Shown here piece by piece: positions 39,273 to 48,545 of a stretch of 64,000 bases of DNA. Every line of letters starts with the position of its first letter. The stretch's first letter is position 1. The stretch spans positions 4,064,001-4,128,000 of the forward strand of contig OY781964.1 in assembly GCA_963677485.1 (NCBI GenBank), given 5' to 3'. The position numbers and the translations under genes are program-made. The stretch is from Armatimonadota bacterium (GTDB lineage: Bacteria > Armatimonadota > HRBIN16). Below the pieces are notes generated by a model. That model was not told the DNA's origin. It made no database searches and was given only the letters and a program-made list of their open reading frames with translations.

Positions 39273-42200
39273 ATGCAGAAATACCCCCAAGTCACTCAGA
39301 CACGTATCCGACGATTCATCGACTGGACGCTGGCCCCACTGATCTGGAAGGATCAAGTGGTGATGCAGGCGTCGATGGCTCAACCCGACCATAATCTCGA
39401 CCCTTCACTGGCCCATACTGTGGACTATGCGCCGATAAACCCAGGGCAAGCTTGGGGACCAATCTGGAGTAATGCATGGTTTAAGCTGGAAGCTCAAGTG
39501 CCTGAACAATGGGCGGGCAAACCGCTGGTGGCACGGATAGAATTGGGTTCAGAAGCCACCGTCTGGGATGGCAGTAATCCGGTTCAAGGCATTGATCATA
39601 ATCACCGCGAACTAAATTTGACTGACTGTGCAGAATCTGGTCATGTTTATACCCTTTACGTGCGAGCCACGGGAATGAACCCTAATGTGCAGTGTGAAGT
39701 GGAGCCATGGGAGCCATCAAGCACGCCGTTTGTGTTTCAGTTCGCGTTCCTGAACGTGGTGAATGATCCGCTGCTGCAGCTTTATTGGGATGTGAGCTTG
39801 TTGCTGGACATCTACAACAACATGCCAGATACGGAACAACCGCGGAAGTCGAACATACTGTATGCCATGAATGATGCGGTGAACCAGTTTGACGAAAATG
39901 ATGCTGATACCATCGCCGCGGCGCGTGAAGCCATGGCTTCGGTATACGATACACCGGCTCACGCCTCGTCGCATCAAATCACGGCGATTGGTAATTCCCA
40001 CATCGACAGTGCCTGGCTGTGGCCCATCGAGCGCACCCAGCATAAATGTATGCACACCTTCAGCACGGTGTTGAACTACATGAAGAAGTATCCAGAATAC
40101 CGCTTCCTGGCATCGCAGGCCGTGCAGTATCAATGGATCAAGGACTTGGCCCCGGAGTTGTTTGAGCGCATTAAGAAAGAGGCGCAAGAGGGCAACTGGG
40201 AGGTGGCCGGCAGCATGTGGGTGGAAGCCGACTGCAACATCACCGGCGGCGAAAGCCTGGTGCGGCAGGTGGTATATGCCAAGCGGTTCTGGATGCAGGA
40301 GTTTGGCATTGAGACGGTGGAACTGTGGCTGCCCGACGTGTTTGGATATAGCGCCGCACTGCCTCAGATACTCAAAAAGTCCGGTGTCGACTATTTCCTG
40401 ACGCAGAAGATCAGTTGGAACCAGTTTAACAGGTTCCCACATAGCAGCTTTATGTGGAAGGGCATCGACGGCACGGAGATATTCAGTCACTTCCCACCGG
40501 TCGACACCTATGTAGCCGGCGTGAACGCGGATGAGCTATATAGAGCCGTCAAGAACTACGGTGAGCACGACCGGGCGAATATGAGCGTGATGCCTTATGG
40601 TCACGGCGATGGGGGCGGCGGCCCGACCATCGAAATGCTTGAGCGGTTACGGCGTTTGAAGGACTTTGAGGGTCTGCCCAAGGTGGAGCAGGGCACCATC
40701 CGCGGTTTCTTCGAAGATGCCATCAAGCAGAGCGATGATTGGCCGGTGTGGGTTGGCGAGTTGTATCTTGAGGTTCACCGTGGAACATACACCACACAGG
40801 CCAGAACGAAGAAGGGCAACCGCAAGAGCGAATTCCTGCTGCGAGACGCGGAGTTCTTCGCGCTGATGACCGACCCTACGGGTGCCAGTTACCCGCATAA
40901 GGTGCTGGAAGATGCCTGGAAGAAGGTGTTGCTGAATCAGTTCCACGACATCATTCCTGGCTCATCGATCAATGAGGTCTACAAAGACGCAGAGGCTGCG
41001 TATGCCGAAATCGAGCAGACAGGCTTGGCAGTCGTCAACACCGCCCTGGGCAGCCTTGCCACCAAGATCGACACCACCGAGATGGAAAACCCGGTGATGG
41101 TGACACGCAACCTGGATGGTTTCGTGATAGGCTCTGTTGCGAAGGTGCCATTGCCAGACGGGTTCACACCCAAGTCGGTAAGCTACGATGATGATACCCA
41201 TGCTGTCGTGCAGATCATAAATGAGGATGGTCAGCGGTGCGCCCTCTTTAGTCCTACGACTGAAGAAGATGGACATGGGTACACAGTCTATGACCTGAGC
41301 ACTAAGAAACCTGGTGATGAAGGTCATGACCTTAGTGTCAATAACCGGTTGATCGATAATGGTGTGCTTCGTGTTGAGTTCGACGAAAATGGTCTCATCA
41401 GCCAGATTTTCGACTACGAAGTAGGCCGTAATGTGATGCATGAAGGCGACAAGGGCAACCTTCTTCGTCTGCATGATGACAAGCCAAACTCATACGACGC
41501 CTGGGACATCGACCTGTTCTACAAAGAGAAATACGAGGATCTGACATCGCTTGACTCCGTAAAAGTGATCGAGCAGGGCCCGATCCGCGCGGCTCTGCGG
41601 TTCGAGCGATCCTTCGGCAGCAGCCATATCAGCCAAATTGTGCGGTTGGCAGCCGGCAGCCGACGCATTGAGTTCGTGACCGATGTGGACTGGCACGAAC
41701 GGCGCAAGCTGCTGAAGGTGGGCTTCCCTGTGGAAATCAACAGCTCACGTGCGACGTATGAAATCCAGTATGGCAGTGCAGAGCGGCCAACCCACATGAA
41801 CACAAGCTGGGATATGGCCCGGTTTGAGGTTTGCGCTCAGAAGTGGGCCGACCTCAGCGAAGGCGACTACGGCGTGGCACTCATTAACGACTGCAAGTAT
41901 GGGTATGACATCCTTGGACGGACCCTGAGGTTGTCGCTGCTGAGATCACCCAAGGCACCAGACCCTCAGGCTGACATGGGCCATCACCGGTTCACTTACG
42001 CGCTGATGCCGCACCTTGGTGACTACACTATGGGCGGAGTGGTAGAACATGCCTACGACTTGAACAGCCCGAGCCGGGTGATGATGCTTCAGCCCAACCA
42101 GCCTGGCATGTTACCGAAGGAACTGACCGTGTTCCAGGTGGACCGAGAAGGTGTGATGATTGAGTGCATCAAGCGAGCCGAAGATGACAACTCTGTGATC

Positions 42201-42410
42201 GTGCGGTTATACGACGCATGGAACAGCCGCGGTCCCGTGGTGTTGACCACACCGCTGGATGTCAAGCGCGCGTCACTGGTGGACCTGATGGAGCGTGAGA
42301 TCAGCGAGATCGACTGCACCGCAGGCGATATTACGCTGGAGATCCGTCCGTTTGAGATACAGACCATCAAGCTGGAACTCAGCGACGACCCTCTGGGCTT
42401 ATACGAGTAG
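39273..42410 (+). CDS. Cytoplasmic GH38 alpha-mannosidase (class 2C/Ams1-like)
   Basis: NSHIDSAWLWP, WLPDVFGYS, GHGDGGGGPT, GELYLEVHRGTYT, NQFHDIIPGSSI and ARFEVCAQKW motifs; no signal peptide. Confidence 0.95.
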   Translation: MQKYPQVTQTRIRRFIDWTLAPLIWKDQVVMQASMAQPDHNLDPSLAHTVDYAPINPGQAWGPIWSNAWFKLEAQVPEQWAGKPLVARIELGSEATVWDGSNPVQGIDHNHRELNLTDCAESGHVYTLYVRATGMNPNVQCEVEPWEPSSTPFVFQFAFLNVVNDPLLQLYWDVSLLLDIYNNMPDTEQPRKSNILYAMNDAVNQFDENDADTIAAAREAMASVYDTPAHASSHQITAIGNSHIDSAWLWPIERTQHKCMHTFSTVLNYMKKYPEYRFLASQAVQYQWIKDLAPELFERIKKEAQEGNWEVAGSMWVEADCNITGGESLVRQVVYAKRFWMQEFGIETVELWLPDVFGYSAALPQILKKSGVDYFLTQKISWNQFNRFPHSSFMWKGIDGTEIFSHFPPVDTYVAGVNADELYRAVKNYGEHDRANMSVMPYGHGDGGGGPTIEMLERLRRLKDFEGLPKVEQGTIRGFFEDAIKQSDDWPVWVGELYLEVHRGTYTTQARTKKGNRKSEFLLRDAEFFALMTDPTGASYPHKVLEDAWKKVLLNQFHDIIPGSSINEVYKDAEAAYAEIEQTGLAVVNTALGSLATKIDTTEMENPVMVTRNLDGFVIGSVAKVPLPDGFTPKSVSYDDDTHAVVQIINEDGQRCALFSPTTEEDGHGYTVYDLSTKKPGDEGHDLSVNNRLIDNGVLRVEFDENGLISQIFDYEVGRNVMHEGDKGNLLRLHDDKPNSYDAWDIDLFYKEKYEDLTSLDSVKVIEQGPIRAALRFERSFGSSHISQIVRLAAGSRRIEFVTDVDWHERRKLLKVGFPVEINSSRATYEIQYGSAERPTHMNTSWDMARFEVCAQKWADLSEGDYGVALINDCKYGYDILGRTLRLSLLRSPKAPDPQADMGHHRFTYALMPHLGDYTMGGVVEHAYDLNSPSRVMMLQPNQPGMLPKELTVFQVDREGVMIECIKRAEDDNSVIVRLYDAWNSRGPVVLTTPLDVKRASLVDLMEREISEIDCTAGDITLEIRPFEIQTIKLELSDDPLGLYE

Positions 42411-42427
42411 ATAGGCTGCATATCCAC

Positions 42428-42466
42428 AGGCCGAGGTTCTTTTAGAGCCTCGGCCTTGTTTACTTT
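42428..42466 (+). terminator. Intrinsic terminator
   Basis: AGGCCGAGGTTCT-loop-AGAGCCTCGGCCT followed by T-rich tail. Confidence 0.75.
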
Positions 42467-42576
42467 TACCGCTTGGGATATAGGGTATAATTCATGCATA
42501 TTCCGGCCGAGTGCAGGAATATCATCTCGTAAACCCACCCCAGGGTTTCGACCTGGACCTGATAAGGAGGCCAGGA

Positions 42577-44583
42577 ATGGTAACTATGAACCTGCTGCGT
42601 ACACGCCTTACACAACGCACTCTCGTGCTTATTTTGACCGCATGGTTTATGCCATTCGCCCACGCGCAGCAACCCAAACTCACGGTGTCAATCGCTGGTG
42701 TTGCATCATCAGTGTCGCAAAACGATGTGATTTCAGGGACTGTCACCATCAAGCTGTCGGGATACAAGAATGGAGTGACTCTTTACGTATCTTCTGCCAT
42801 CGGGAAGGACAGTGTCATGGTCACGAAGGGTAATGCAGAGAGCCTTACTTGCCGGAAAAACGGCGTATATACACTAAGCCTCGCTCGGGATCTTACCACA
42901 TATGCCAGGGTTGATGAAGGAGAGTATGCAATTATAGTCGATGTTGGAACTATAGTTGGCAAACCGGTGCTGTCGACCTATGCACAGCGGAAGTTCATGG
43001 TGAAGCCATCCAACGATACTTTCGTCATCATTGGAGAATCCATCACGGTTGAAGATGTGAACTTGAGGGATTCTACCGAAAATCGCAAGATGGCGACTGT
43101 CAAGTATACCGTGCGTAACACAAAGTCAAAACCGAGCAGTTTAAAGGCAACAGTCACAGAGCGGATGAGTGTGTTTGGCCCTGAAGATAGACAGTTCAAG
43201 CCAGAGGCACGTCCGATGGTGATACCGGCTAAGTCGAGTATTACGACATCAAGCAAGTATAATGTTGGCTTTACAAAACCCGGATCGTATATGCTGCGGA
43301 TAAGGCTGGAATGTGCAGATTCCAAACCTATACAGCTCGAACAGCGTATTGTTGTGGGGCATGACGAGTCTAATCAGGTATCTGAGTTGAAACTCATCAG
43401 TGCTTCCACAGATGCCACTTCAGTGGATATCAGAAAACCCATCCGGCTTAAGGTGAAATATGCACTGACGAATATACGGTCGGGCTTGTGGCCTAGGGTA
43501 ACTGAGAATGTGGTGATCTCTGGCCCAGAGAACCTGTCTGGTTCGGTGATGCGTTATACAGATGACAAGACAGATGAAGAGGAAGGCGTATACGAAGCGA
43601 AGCTCTCGAAACCAGGCAGCTATACGTGGAAGATCACATTGACTAGTAACTTCGCAGATTCGGACGCTCCAGTTGTCGCCACAGGAAGTTTCACGGTCAT
43701 TCGCAAGTCTGGCCCTGCCTCAAAGACGGTGTGGGTCAGCAGCGGTGGGGTCGATAGCGGTGAACGCAGTGCCCTGCAGATCAGCGCAGGGTTTGTGGTT
43801 TATAATGATGCCATAGGGCCGGAGCGAAAGATATACACCAACCGGATGTCGTGGACTGAACCACCCCTTTCTGTCAATGAAGGGGATATCCTTGAGTTCA
43901 GAACCTCATGTACCCAAAACGAGCATGCTTATCTGGCTGGCACGTATGCGATGTCTGGCTTCGGTGGCGAAGCCTACCAGAGCTTCATCAGCATGGTGAC
44001 CTGCACCAACCCTAAAGACGGGCGTGACAGTTACAACATGAGCCTGAAGTTCATACCAAAAGATACGCAGAAGCCGTATATCGAATGGTCTGTGGGTGAG
44101 AGCCCCTACACAAACTCATATCTGGTGCGGCGGTGGACATACGAAAAACGCGAAGTCAAACCGGAGGCGGGTGAGTTGCCAACCGGCACGCTGAAGGATG
44201 TGACCCCGGTTACACCAGTAGGCCCGAAGACCAAGAGTGAGAAAAGTGGTGATGACCAGAAGAATGGCACCCTTCAATCGGCGAAGGAACCTGACACCGC
44301 TACCGAAGCTTCGGAGCACAATCTTTACAATACCATCTTACCGGGAGCAGTCGTGGCAATGAAGGAGGGTCAATGGATCATCAGCTCCTTCGATGACCCG
44401 TTCATGGCTGCCGATTTCGGAATTGCGATCGGTGATGAGATCGTGCGAATCAATGGTAAGCCAGTGCATGGGATTTCTGATTCGCAAATGGAGGCGATGA
44501 CAAAAACAGAACCAGGACAAAGTATCCGTATCGAGTTCAAGCATCCAAACGGGCAAATCGTGTCCGTTGTGATGGTTCGTTAG
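42577..44583 (+). CDS. Secreted multi-beta-sandwich hypothetical protein with C-terminal PDZ-like domain
   Basis: AAGGAGG RBS; signal peptide (AHA-QQ); C-terminal AADFGIAIGDEIVRINGKPV PDZ pattern. Confidence 0.6.
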   Translation: MVTMNLLRTRLTQRTLVLILTAWFMPFAHAQQPKLTVSIAGVASSVSQNDVISGTVTIKLSGYKNGVTLYVSSAIGKDSVMVTKGNAESLTCRKNGVYTLSLARDLTTYARVDEGEYAIIVDVGTIVGKPVLSTYAQRKFMVKPSNDTFVIIGESITVEDVNLRDSTENRKMATVKYTVRNTKSKPSSLKATVTERMSVFGPEDRQFKPEARPMVIPAKSSITTSSKYNVGFTKPGSYMLRIRLECADSKPIQLEQRIVVGHDESNQVSELKLISASTDATSVDIRKPIRLKVKYALTNIRSGLWPRVTENVVISGPENLSGSVMRYTDDKTDEEEGVYEAKLSKPGSYTWKITLTSNFADSDAPVVATGSFTVIRKSGPASKTVWVSSGGVDSGERSALQISAGFVVYNDAIGPERKIYTNRMSWTEPPLSVNEGDILEFRTSCTQNEHAYLAGTYAMSGFGGEAYQSFISMVTCTNPKDGRDSYNMSLKFIPKDTQKPYIEWSVGESPYTNSYLVRRWTYEKREVKPEAGELPTGTLKDVTPVTPVGPKTKSEKSGDDQKNGTLQSAKEPDTATEASEHNLYNTILPGAVVAMKEGQWIISSFDDPFMAADFGIAIGDEIVRINGKPVHGISDSQMEAMTKTEPGQSIRIEFKHPNGQIVSVVMVR

Positions 44584-44642
44584 GCCGTTACGGCTCATCG
44601 GCTCGGTATTTCAAAGCCTTCGGCATAAGGTGCGGATCCAAC

Positions 44643-45959
44643 CTACACCGTCTTAAGCACAAAATGGACGACGAACATCGCCGCGGCAAAGTATGTCAGC
44701 GGATGCACTTTCTTGTAGCTGCCCCGCGCCAGACAGATCACCACATAGCTGATCATGCCGAGGCCGATGCCGTCGGCGATACTGTAAGTAAATGGCATCC
44801 CAATGATGGTGATGAAGGCAGGGAAGCCCTCCTCCACGTGTTCGATGTCGATATCTTTCACGATGCCCATCATGAGGAAACCCACCACAATCAACGCCGG
44901 TGCCACAGCCGCAGAGGGAACCACCCCCACAATCGGTGCGAAGAAGGCTGCAAGCACGAACAGCAATGCAACCACCACACTCGTCAGACCTGTCCGGCCA
45001 CCCTCCGCCACACCCGAGGCGCTTTCCACATAGGTGGTGTTGCTGGAGCAGCAGAACAGACCGCCCAAAATGGCACCTATCGAGTCGGCCAGCAGCACAT
45101 TCCGCAGACCAGGCAGTCGGCCCTCTTTATCCACAAATCCGGCCTGCTCTCCCACTGAGACCACCGTTCCCATGGTGTCAAAGAAGTCGCTTACCAAAAG
45201 GGCGAAGATGAGGCTTGCGAACGTAAGGCTGAAAGCCGCTTTGATATCGGCTTTGAAGAAGGTGCTGAATGTGTCGTGGCTAAAGCTAGTAAATACCTGT
45301 GACGGTGCGTGCGTAACTGTGGAGTTGCCCATATGGATGAAAAACCCCGCGAAGGTCGCAGCCAAGATACCAATGAGGATGGAGCCCTTCACCTTCCGTG
45401 ATAGTAGCGCGATGGTCACCAGTAGCCCGATCAATGCCACGATCACGGTGGGGTCATTCACCTTACCCATGGTGACAAAAGTCGCTGGGTCGGCCACAAT
45501 GAGTCCGCCGTCTTTGAGGCCGATCAAGGCGATGAACAGACCGATCCCGGCACCGATCGCTCGCTTCAGGTTCAGCGGGATGGAGTCCATCAGCGCTTCC
45601 CGCAATTTTGTCAATACGAGTATCGCAATGATGATGCCTTCAATCACCACCATGCCCATCGCGGTTTGCCAGGGCAGCTTCATGCCGCTCACGACCGTGA
45701 ACGCCACAAACGCATTGATGCCCATACCGGCTGCCATGGCAAACGGGTAGTTGGTCATCAAACCCATCACCAGGGTGCAGATGGCCGCGGCGATGCAGGT
45801 CATGACCATGGTGGCTTCAAAGGGCATCCCTGCCGCTTTGAGAATAGTTGGGTTGACAAAGACGATGTAGGCCATCGTGAGGAATGTGGTGATTCCCGCG
45901 ATGACTTCGGTCCTGATGTCCGTCTTATTTTCGTTCAAGTGGAAGAGACGGTTTAACAC
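44643..45959 (-). CDS. NCS2/AzgA-type purine (guanine/hypoxanthine/adenine) permease
   Basis: TEVIAGITTFLTMAYIVFVNP, AAGMGINAF, DFFDTMGT, YVESASGV..GGRTG and PFTYSIADG motifs; GTG start after AGGAG. Confidence 0.93.
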   Translation of the reverse strand: MLNRLFHLNENKTDIRTEVIAGITTFLTMAYIVFVNPTILKAAGMPFEATMVMTCIAAAICTLVMGLMTNYPFAMAAGMGINAFVAFTVVSGMKLPWQTAMGMVVIEGIIIAILVLTKLREALMDSIPLNLKRAIGAGIGLFIALIGLKDGGLIVADPATFVTMGKVNDPTVIVALIGLLVTIALLSRKVKGSILIGILAATFAGFFIHMGNSTVTHAPSQVFTSFSHDTFSTFFKADIKAAFSLTFASLIFALLVSDFFDTMGTVVSVGEQAGFVDKEGRLPGLRNVLLADSIGAILGGLFCCSSNTTYVESASGVAEGGRTGLTSVVVALLFVLAAFFAPIVGVVPSAAVAPALIVVGFLMMGIVKDIDIEHVEEGFPAFITIIGMPFTYSIADGIGLGMISYVVICLARGSYKKVHPLTYFAAAMFVVHFVLKTV

Positions 45960-46159
45960 AGATGGTTGACTCCTGTAGTGTGTGATGCGGTACGCACCAT
46001 ATATCATGATACTGAATCAGGAACGGCGTGAAAACAAACGGAGTGTGAAGCATAATGATGATGACGGTCATATTGGCGGCCATGATATCTGCCGCGACAT
46101 AAATGTCTCGGCTATTGATCAGCAAGCCCGTTGAAACGCTGATAACAGCATCATAGACT

Positions 46160-46381
46160 GCTATCCGCCCTTATTGCAGCCCAGTGTTGCCTATGTCCGG
46201 GGCGGTCTGTGCGTAGGCTAACGGCTGCAGAAGGCTCTAGACCGCGCCGGTCTTGTTCCTGACACAAATCTTTCATGGCTATCCGCCAGACCGGCGCGGT
46301 CTAGAGCCTTCTGCAGCCGTTAGCCTACGCACAGACCGCCCCGGACATAGGCAACACTGGGCTGCAATAAGGGCGGATAGC
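46160..46381. repeat. Perfect 94-bp inverted repeat (46160-46253 / 46288-46381) with 34-bp spacer
   Basis: Base-by-base reverse complement from gctatccgcccttattgcagc...ccggtct to agaccgg...gggcggatagc. Confidence 0.95.
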
Positions 46382-46384
46382 CAT
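46275..46384. mobile_element. Putative 110-bp MITE with 13-bp terminal inverted repeats ATGGCTATCCGCC
   Basis: atggctatccgcc ... ggcggatagccat; non-coding; an almost complete inverted copy lies immediately to the left. Confidence 0.55.
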
Positions 46385-46415
46385 TCGCATATCGATCTGT
46401 GTCCTCAGCGTGACG

Positions 46416-46606
46416 CATCAGTTACAGTCCGGGCTGCCGTGCCAGCATGGGAAGATGCTTGTATGTGGCAGGTCGTAGGGGCGTCCCTTGTGGGCGCCCT
46501 AAAAGAATTATGGTATGAACAACGATTAGGGCGCCCACAAGGGACGCCCCTACGACCGGATCCGGCATAGCCTGGGCTGCCGTGCCTTTACGGGCGGGTG
46601 CTTGTT
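46416..46606 (+). repeat. Two copies of a GGGCTGCCG...GTGCTTGT motif flanking the REPIN; third copy at 55948-55995
   Basis: catcagttacagtccgggctgccgtgccagcatgggaagatgcttgt (46416-46462); tgggctgccgtgcctttacgggcgggtgcttgtt (46573-46606). Confidence 0.7.
46471..46557. repeat. REPIN-like element: perfect 32-bp inverted pair of GTAG-REP palindromes with 23-bp spacer
   Basis: ggtcgtaggggcgtcccttgtgggcgccctaa and its exact reverse complement. Confidence 0.9.
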
Positions 46607-46696
46607 GTTCAATAGCCCAGACATTTATGTCGCGGCATCGAAGGCACACAATCTCGATGACTAATGTAGACCCATCGGTATGAATAAGGAGCACTC

Positions 46697-47629
46697 TTGA
46701 AACCTGAATTGAATATCATCATTGTGAACTGGAATACCGAAGCCCATCTGCGGCGTTGCCTGGAGAGCCTGAAGCCGCAACTGTGCGATGGCCGCGTGCA
46801 GGTGACGGTGGTGGACAACGCCAGCGCCGACGGCTCCGTGAAGATGGTGCAGTCGGATTTCCCGTGGGTGAAGCTCATCGCCAGCGAGACCAACCTGGGA
46901 TTCGGGCGGGCCAACAACCTGGCATTGAAGCAAGCCGACGGTGAGTTCGCGCTGCTGCTGAACAGCGACATCGTGGCCTATGAGGGCGCCATCGAGGCGA
47001 TGCTGGCCCAGATGAGTGCCAATCCGCGCTGCGGTGCCTTAGGCGGCCGACTGATCTTACCCAGCGGGCGAACGCAGAGCTCGGTAGGGGAGATGCTGAA
47101 CCTCTGGTGGCTGTTCTGCGAGCAGAGCCTGCTGGCGAAGGTTTTTCCGCGCACCAAACTGTTCGGCGGATATAACTACACCTGGTGGGACTATGAGTCG
47201 GAACGGCAGGTGAAGCAGGTGGTAGGCGCCTGTCTGATGATGCGGCGGATAACCGACGGGCAGTTCCCGCTATTCGATGACCGCTACTTCATGTATGCCG
47301 AGGACACCGAACTGTGCGACCGCATTGCGAAAGCCGGTTTTGAGCTGCATTACACTCCACTGGCGCGTTTCCGACATGAGCTGGGTGCCAGCAGTGAGCA
47401 ATCTGAGGTACGTACCAGCATGATCGCGCATTACAATATAAGCCGATTGCTTTTCTTTCAGGATCATGGCGGCCGCGGTGTGCGGTTACTGTGCCAGTGG
47501 ATACTGGTCGGTGGTGCTCTGCTGCGAATGCTGATAGCCTTCCCACGGGCGATACTACGCCCACGAACCTACCCCACCAACGCCGCGATGTGGCGCAATG
47601 TACTCGCCCGCACCATCAGAGGGCGGTGA
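46697..47629 (+). CDS. Glycosyltransferase family 2 (WbbL-like)
   Basis: IIIVNWN, VVDNASADGS, NLGFGRANN, LLNSD, GACLM and FDDRYFMYAEDTELC motifs. Confidence 0.93.
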   Translation: MKPELNIIIVNWNTEAHLRRCLESLKPQLCDGRVQVTVVDNASADGSVKMVQSDFPWVKLIASETNLGFGRANNLALKQADGEFALLLNSDIVAYEGAIEAMLAQMSANPRCGALGGRLILPSGRTQSSVGEMLNLWWLFCEQSLLAKVFPRTKLFGGYNYTWWDYESERQVKQVVGACLMMRRITDGQFPLFDDRYFMYAEDTELCDRIAKAGFELHYTPLARFRHELGASSEQSEVRTSMIAHYNISRLLFFQDHGGRGVRLLCQWILVGGALLRMLIAFPRAILRPRTYPTNAAMWRNVLARTIRGR

Positions 47630-47657
47630 TTGCACCTGCCTCCCCACGGTCTTTGGT

Positions 47658-47716
47658 TTGACAAACAGCACACAGAGTCATACAATATGACTGGAATACA
47701 AATATAGTCATCAGTC
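47658..47716 (+). promoter_or_regulatory. Sigma70 promoter with overlapping putative TetR operator half-sites
   Basis: TTGACA-N17-TACAAT; AGTCAT-N5-ATGACT-N13-AGTCAT overlaps the -10 and +1. Confidence 0.75.
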
Positions 47717-47730
47717 AGAGGAGGCGGTCG

Positions 47731-48333
47731 TTGCAAAAGTCAGACTCGACTCACGATATCAAAGAACAGATATTGGCAGCGACTGGCCGTTTACTCCCGC
47801 GGTACGGTTATAAACGCATGACTGTGGACGACATCGCCAAAGAAGCTGGGATTGGCAAGGGCACTATCTACCTTCACTTCAACAGCAAGTCGGATGTGGC
47901 ACTGCAGTGGTTGGGTGATTTCAATGTGAAGCTCAGGGTTGAGTTGATGCAGGTCGCCGATCTGGACATACCACCGATTGACCGTATCAAGCAGATGCTT
48001 TACCTCCGCGTCATCCGTCGTTTCGATAGTTCCCTTCACTTTACCGAGAGTTTCGATGAACTGTTCGCCGCTATACGGCCGGCCTTACTGGGATCTCGTG
48101 TATGTAACCATAAAGCAGAATCCCTCCTGCTAGCAGAAGTGATTAAGGATGGTTGTGCAGCCGGTGTATTCAGATGCGATGATGTGGCTGATACGGCCTA
48201 CTGCATGGTGTTGGCTACCAACTCGCTGCTGCCCTACAGTCTCAGCGCTCAGCAGCTTGGTGAGCGCGAAGAGATCGAACGGTACGTGAGGCTGATATGT
48301 GATTTGGTGATTAATGGCATTGTGAGCCGATAG
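47731..48333 (+). CDS. TetR/AcrR-family transcriptional regulator
   Basis: GYKRMTVDDIAKEAGIGKGTIYLHFNSK HTH; TTG start after GGAGG. Confidence 0.95.
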   Translation: MQKSDSTHDIKEQILAATGRLLPRYGYKRMTVDDIAKEAGIGKGTIYLHFNSKSDVALQWLGDFNVKLRVELMQVADLDIPPIDRIKQMLYLRVIRRFDSSLHFTESFDELFAAIRPALLGSRVCNHKAESLLLAEVIKDGCAAGVFRCDDVADTAYCMVLATNSLLPYSLSAQQLGEREEIERYVRLICDLVINGIVSR

Positions 48334-48545
48334 GCTCCGTCTTGTCCCTGTTTTTCAGAATGAACCTGCACTTCATCTAGCAGCAATGCCGCTGACTATG
48401 TCGCAAAGTCGCACGGCAAGTGCTCAATCGAACTAGCTCAAACGAACTAGCTCACCAGAACGAAATACGGCATCAAAATTATTGGTGAGCTGCTAGACCG
48501 CAGTCACCAATAATCGATGCATTGAAGATGAGGTCAGTTTCATCC

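Noticed and set aside
45960-46160. Purine riboswitch upstream of the NCS2 permease
   Set aside because: The conserved aptamer core (ATATGG...GTTTCTACC...CCGTAAA) is not visible on the minus strand.
46253-46570. 105-aa ORF across the inverted repeats
   Set aside because: It lies entirely within MITE/REPIN sequence and has no RBS or protein-like motif.
48429-48454. CGAACTAGCTCA direct repeat between tetR and emrB
   Set aside because: Only two copies at 14-bp period, consistent with a simple slippage duplication; no support for function.
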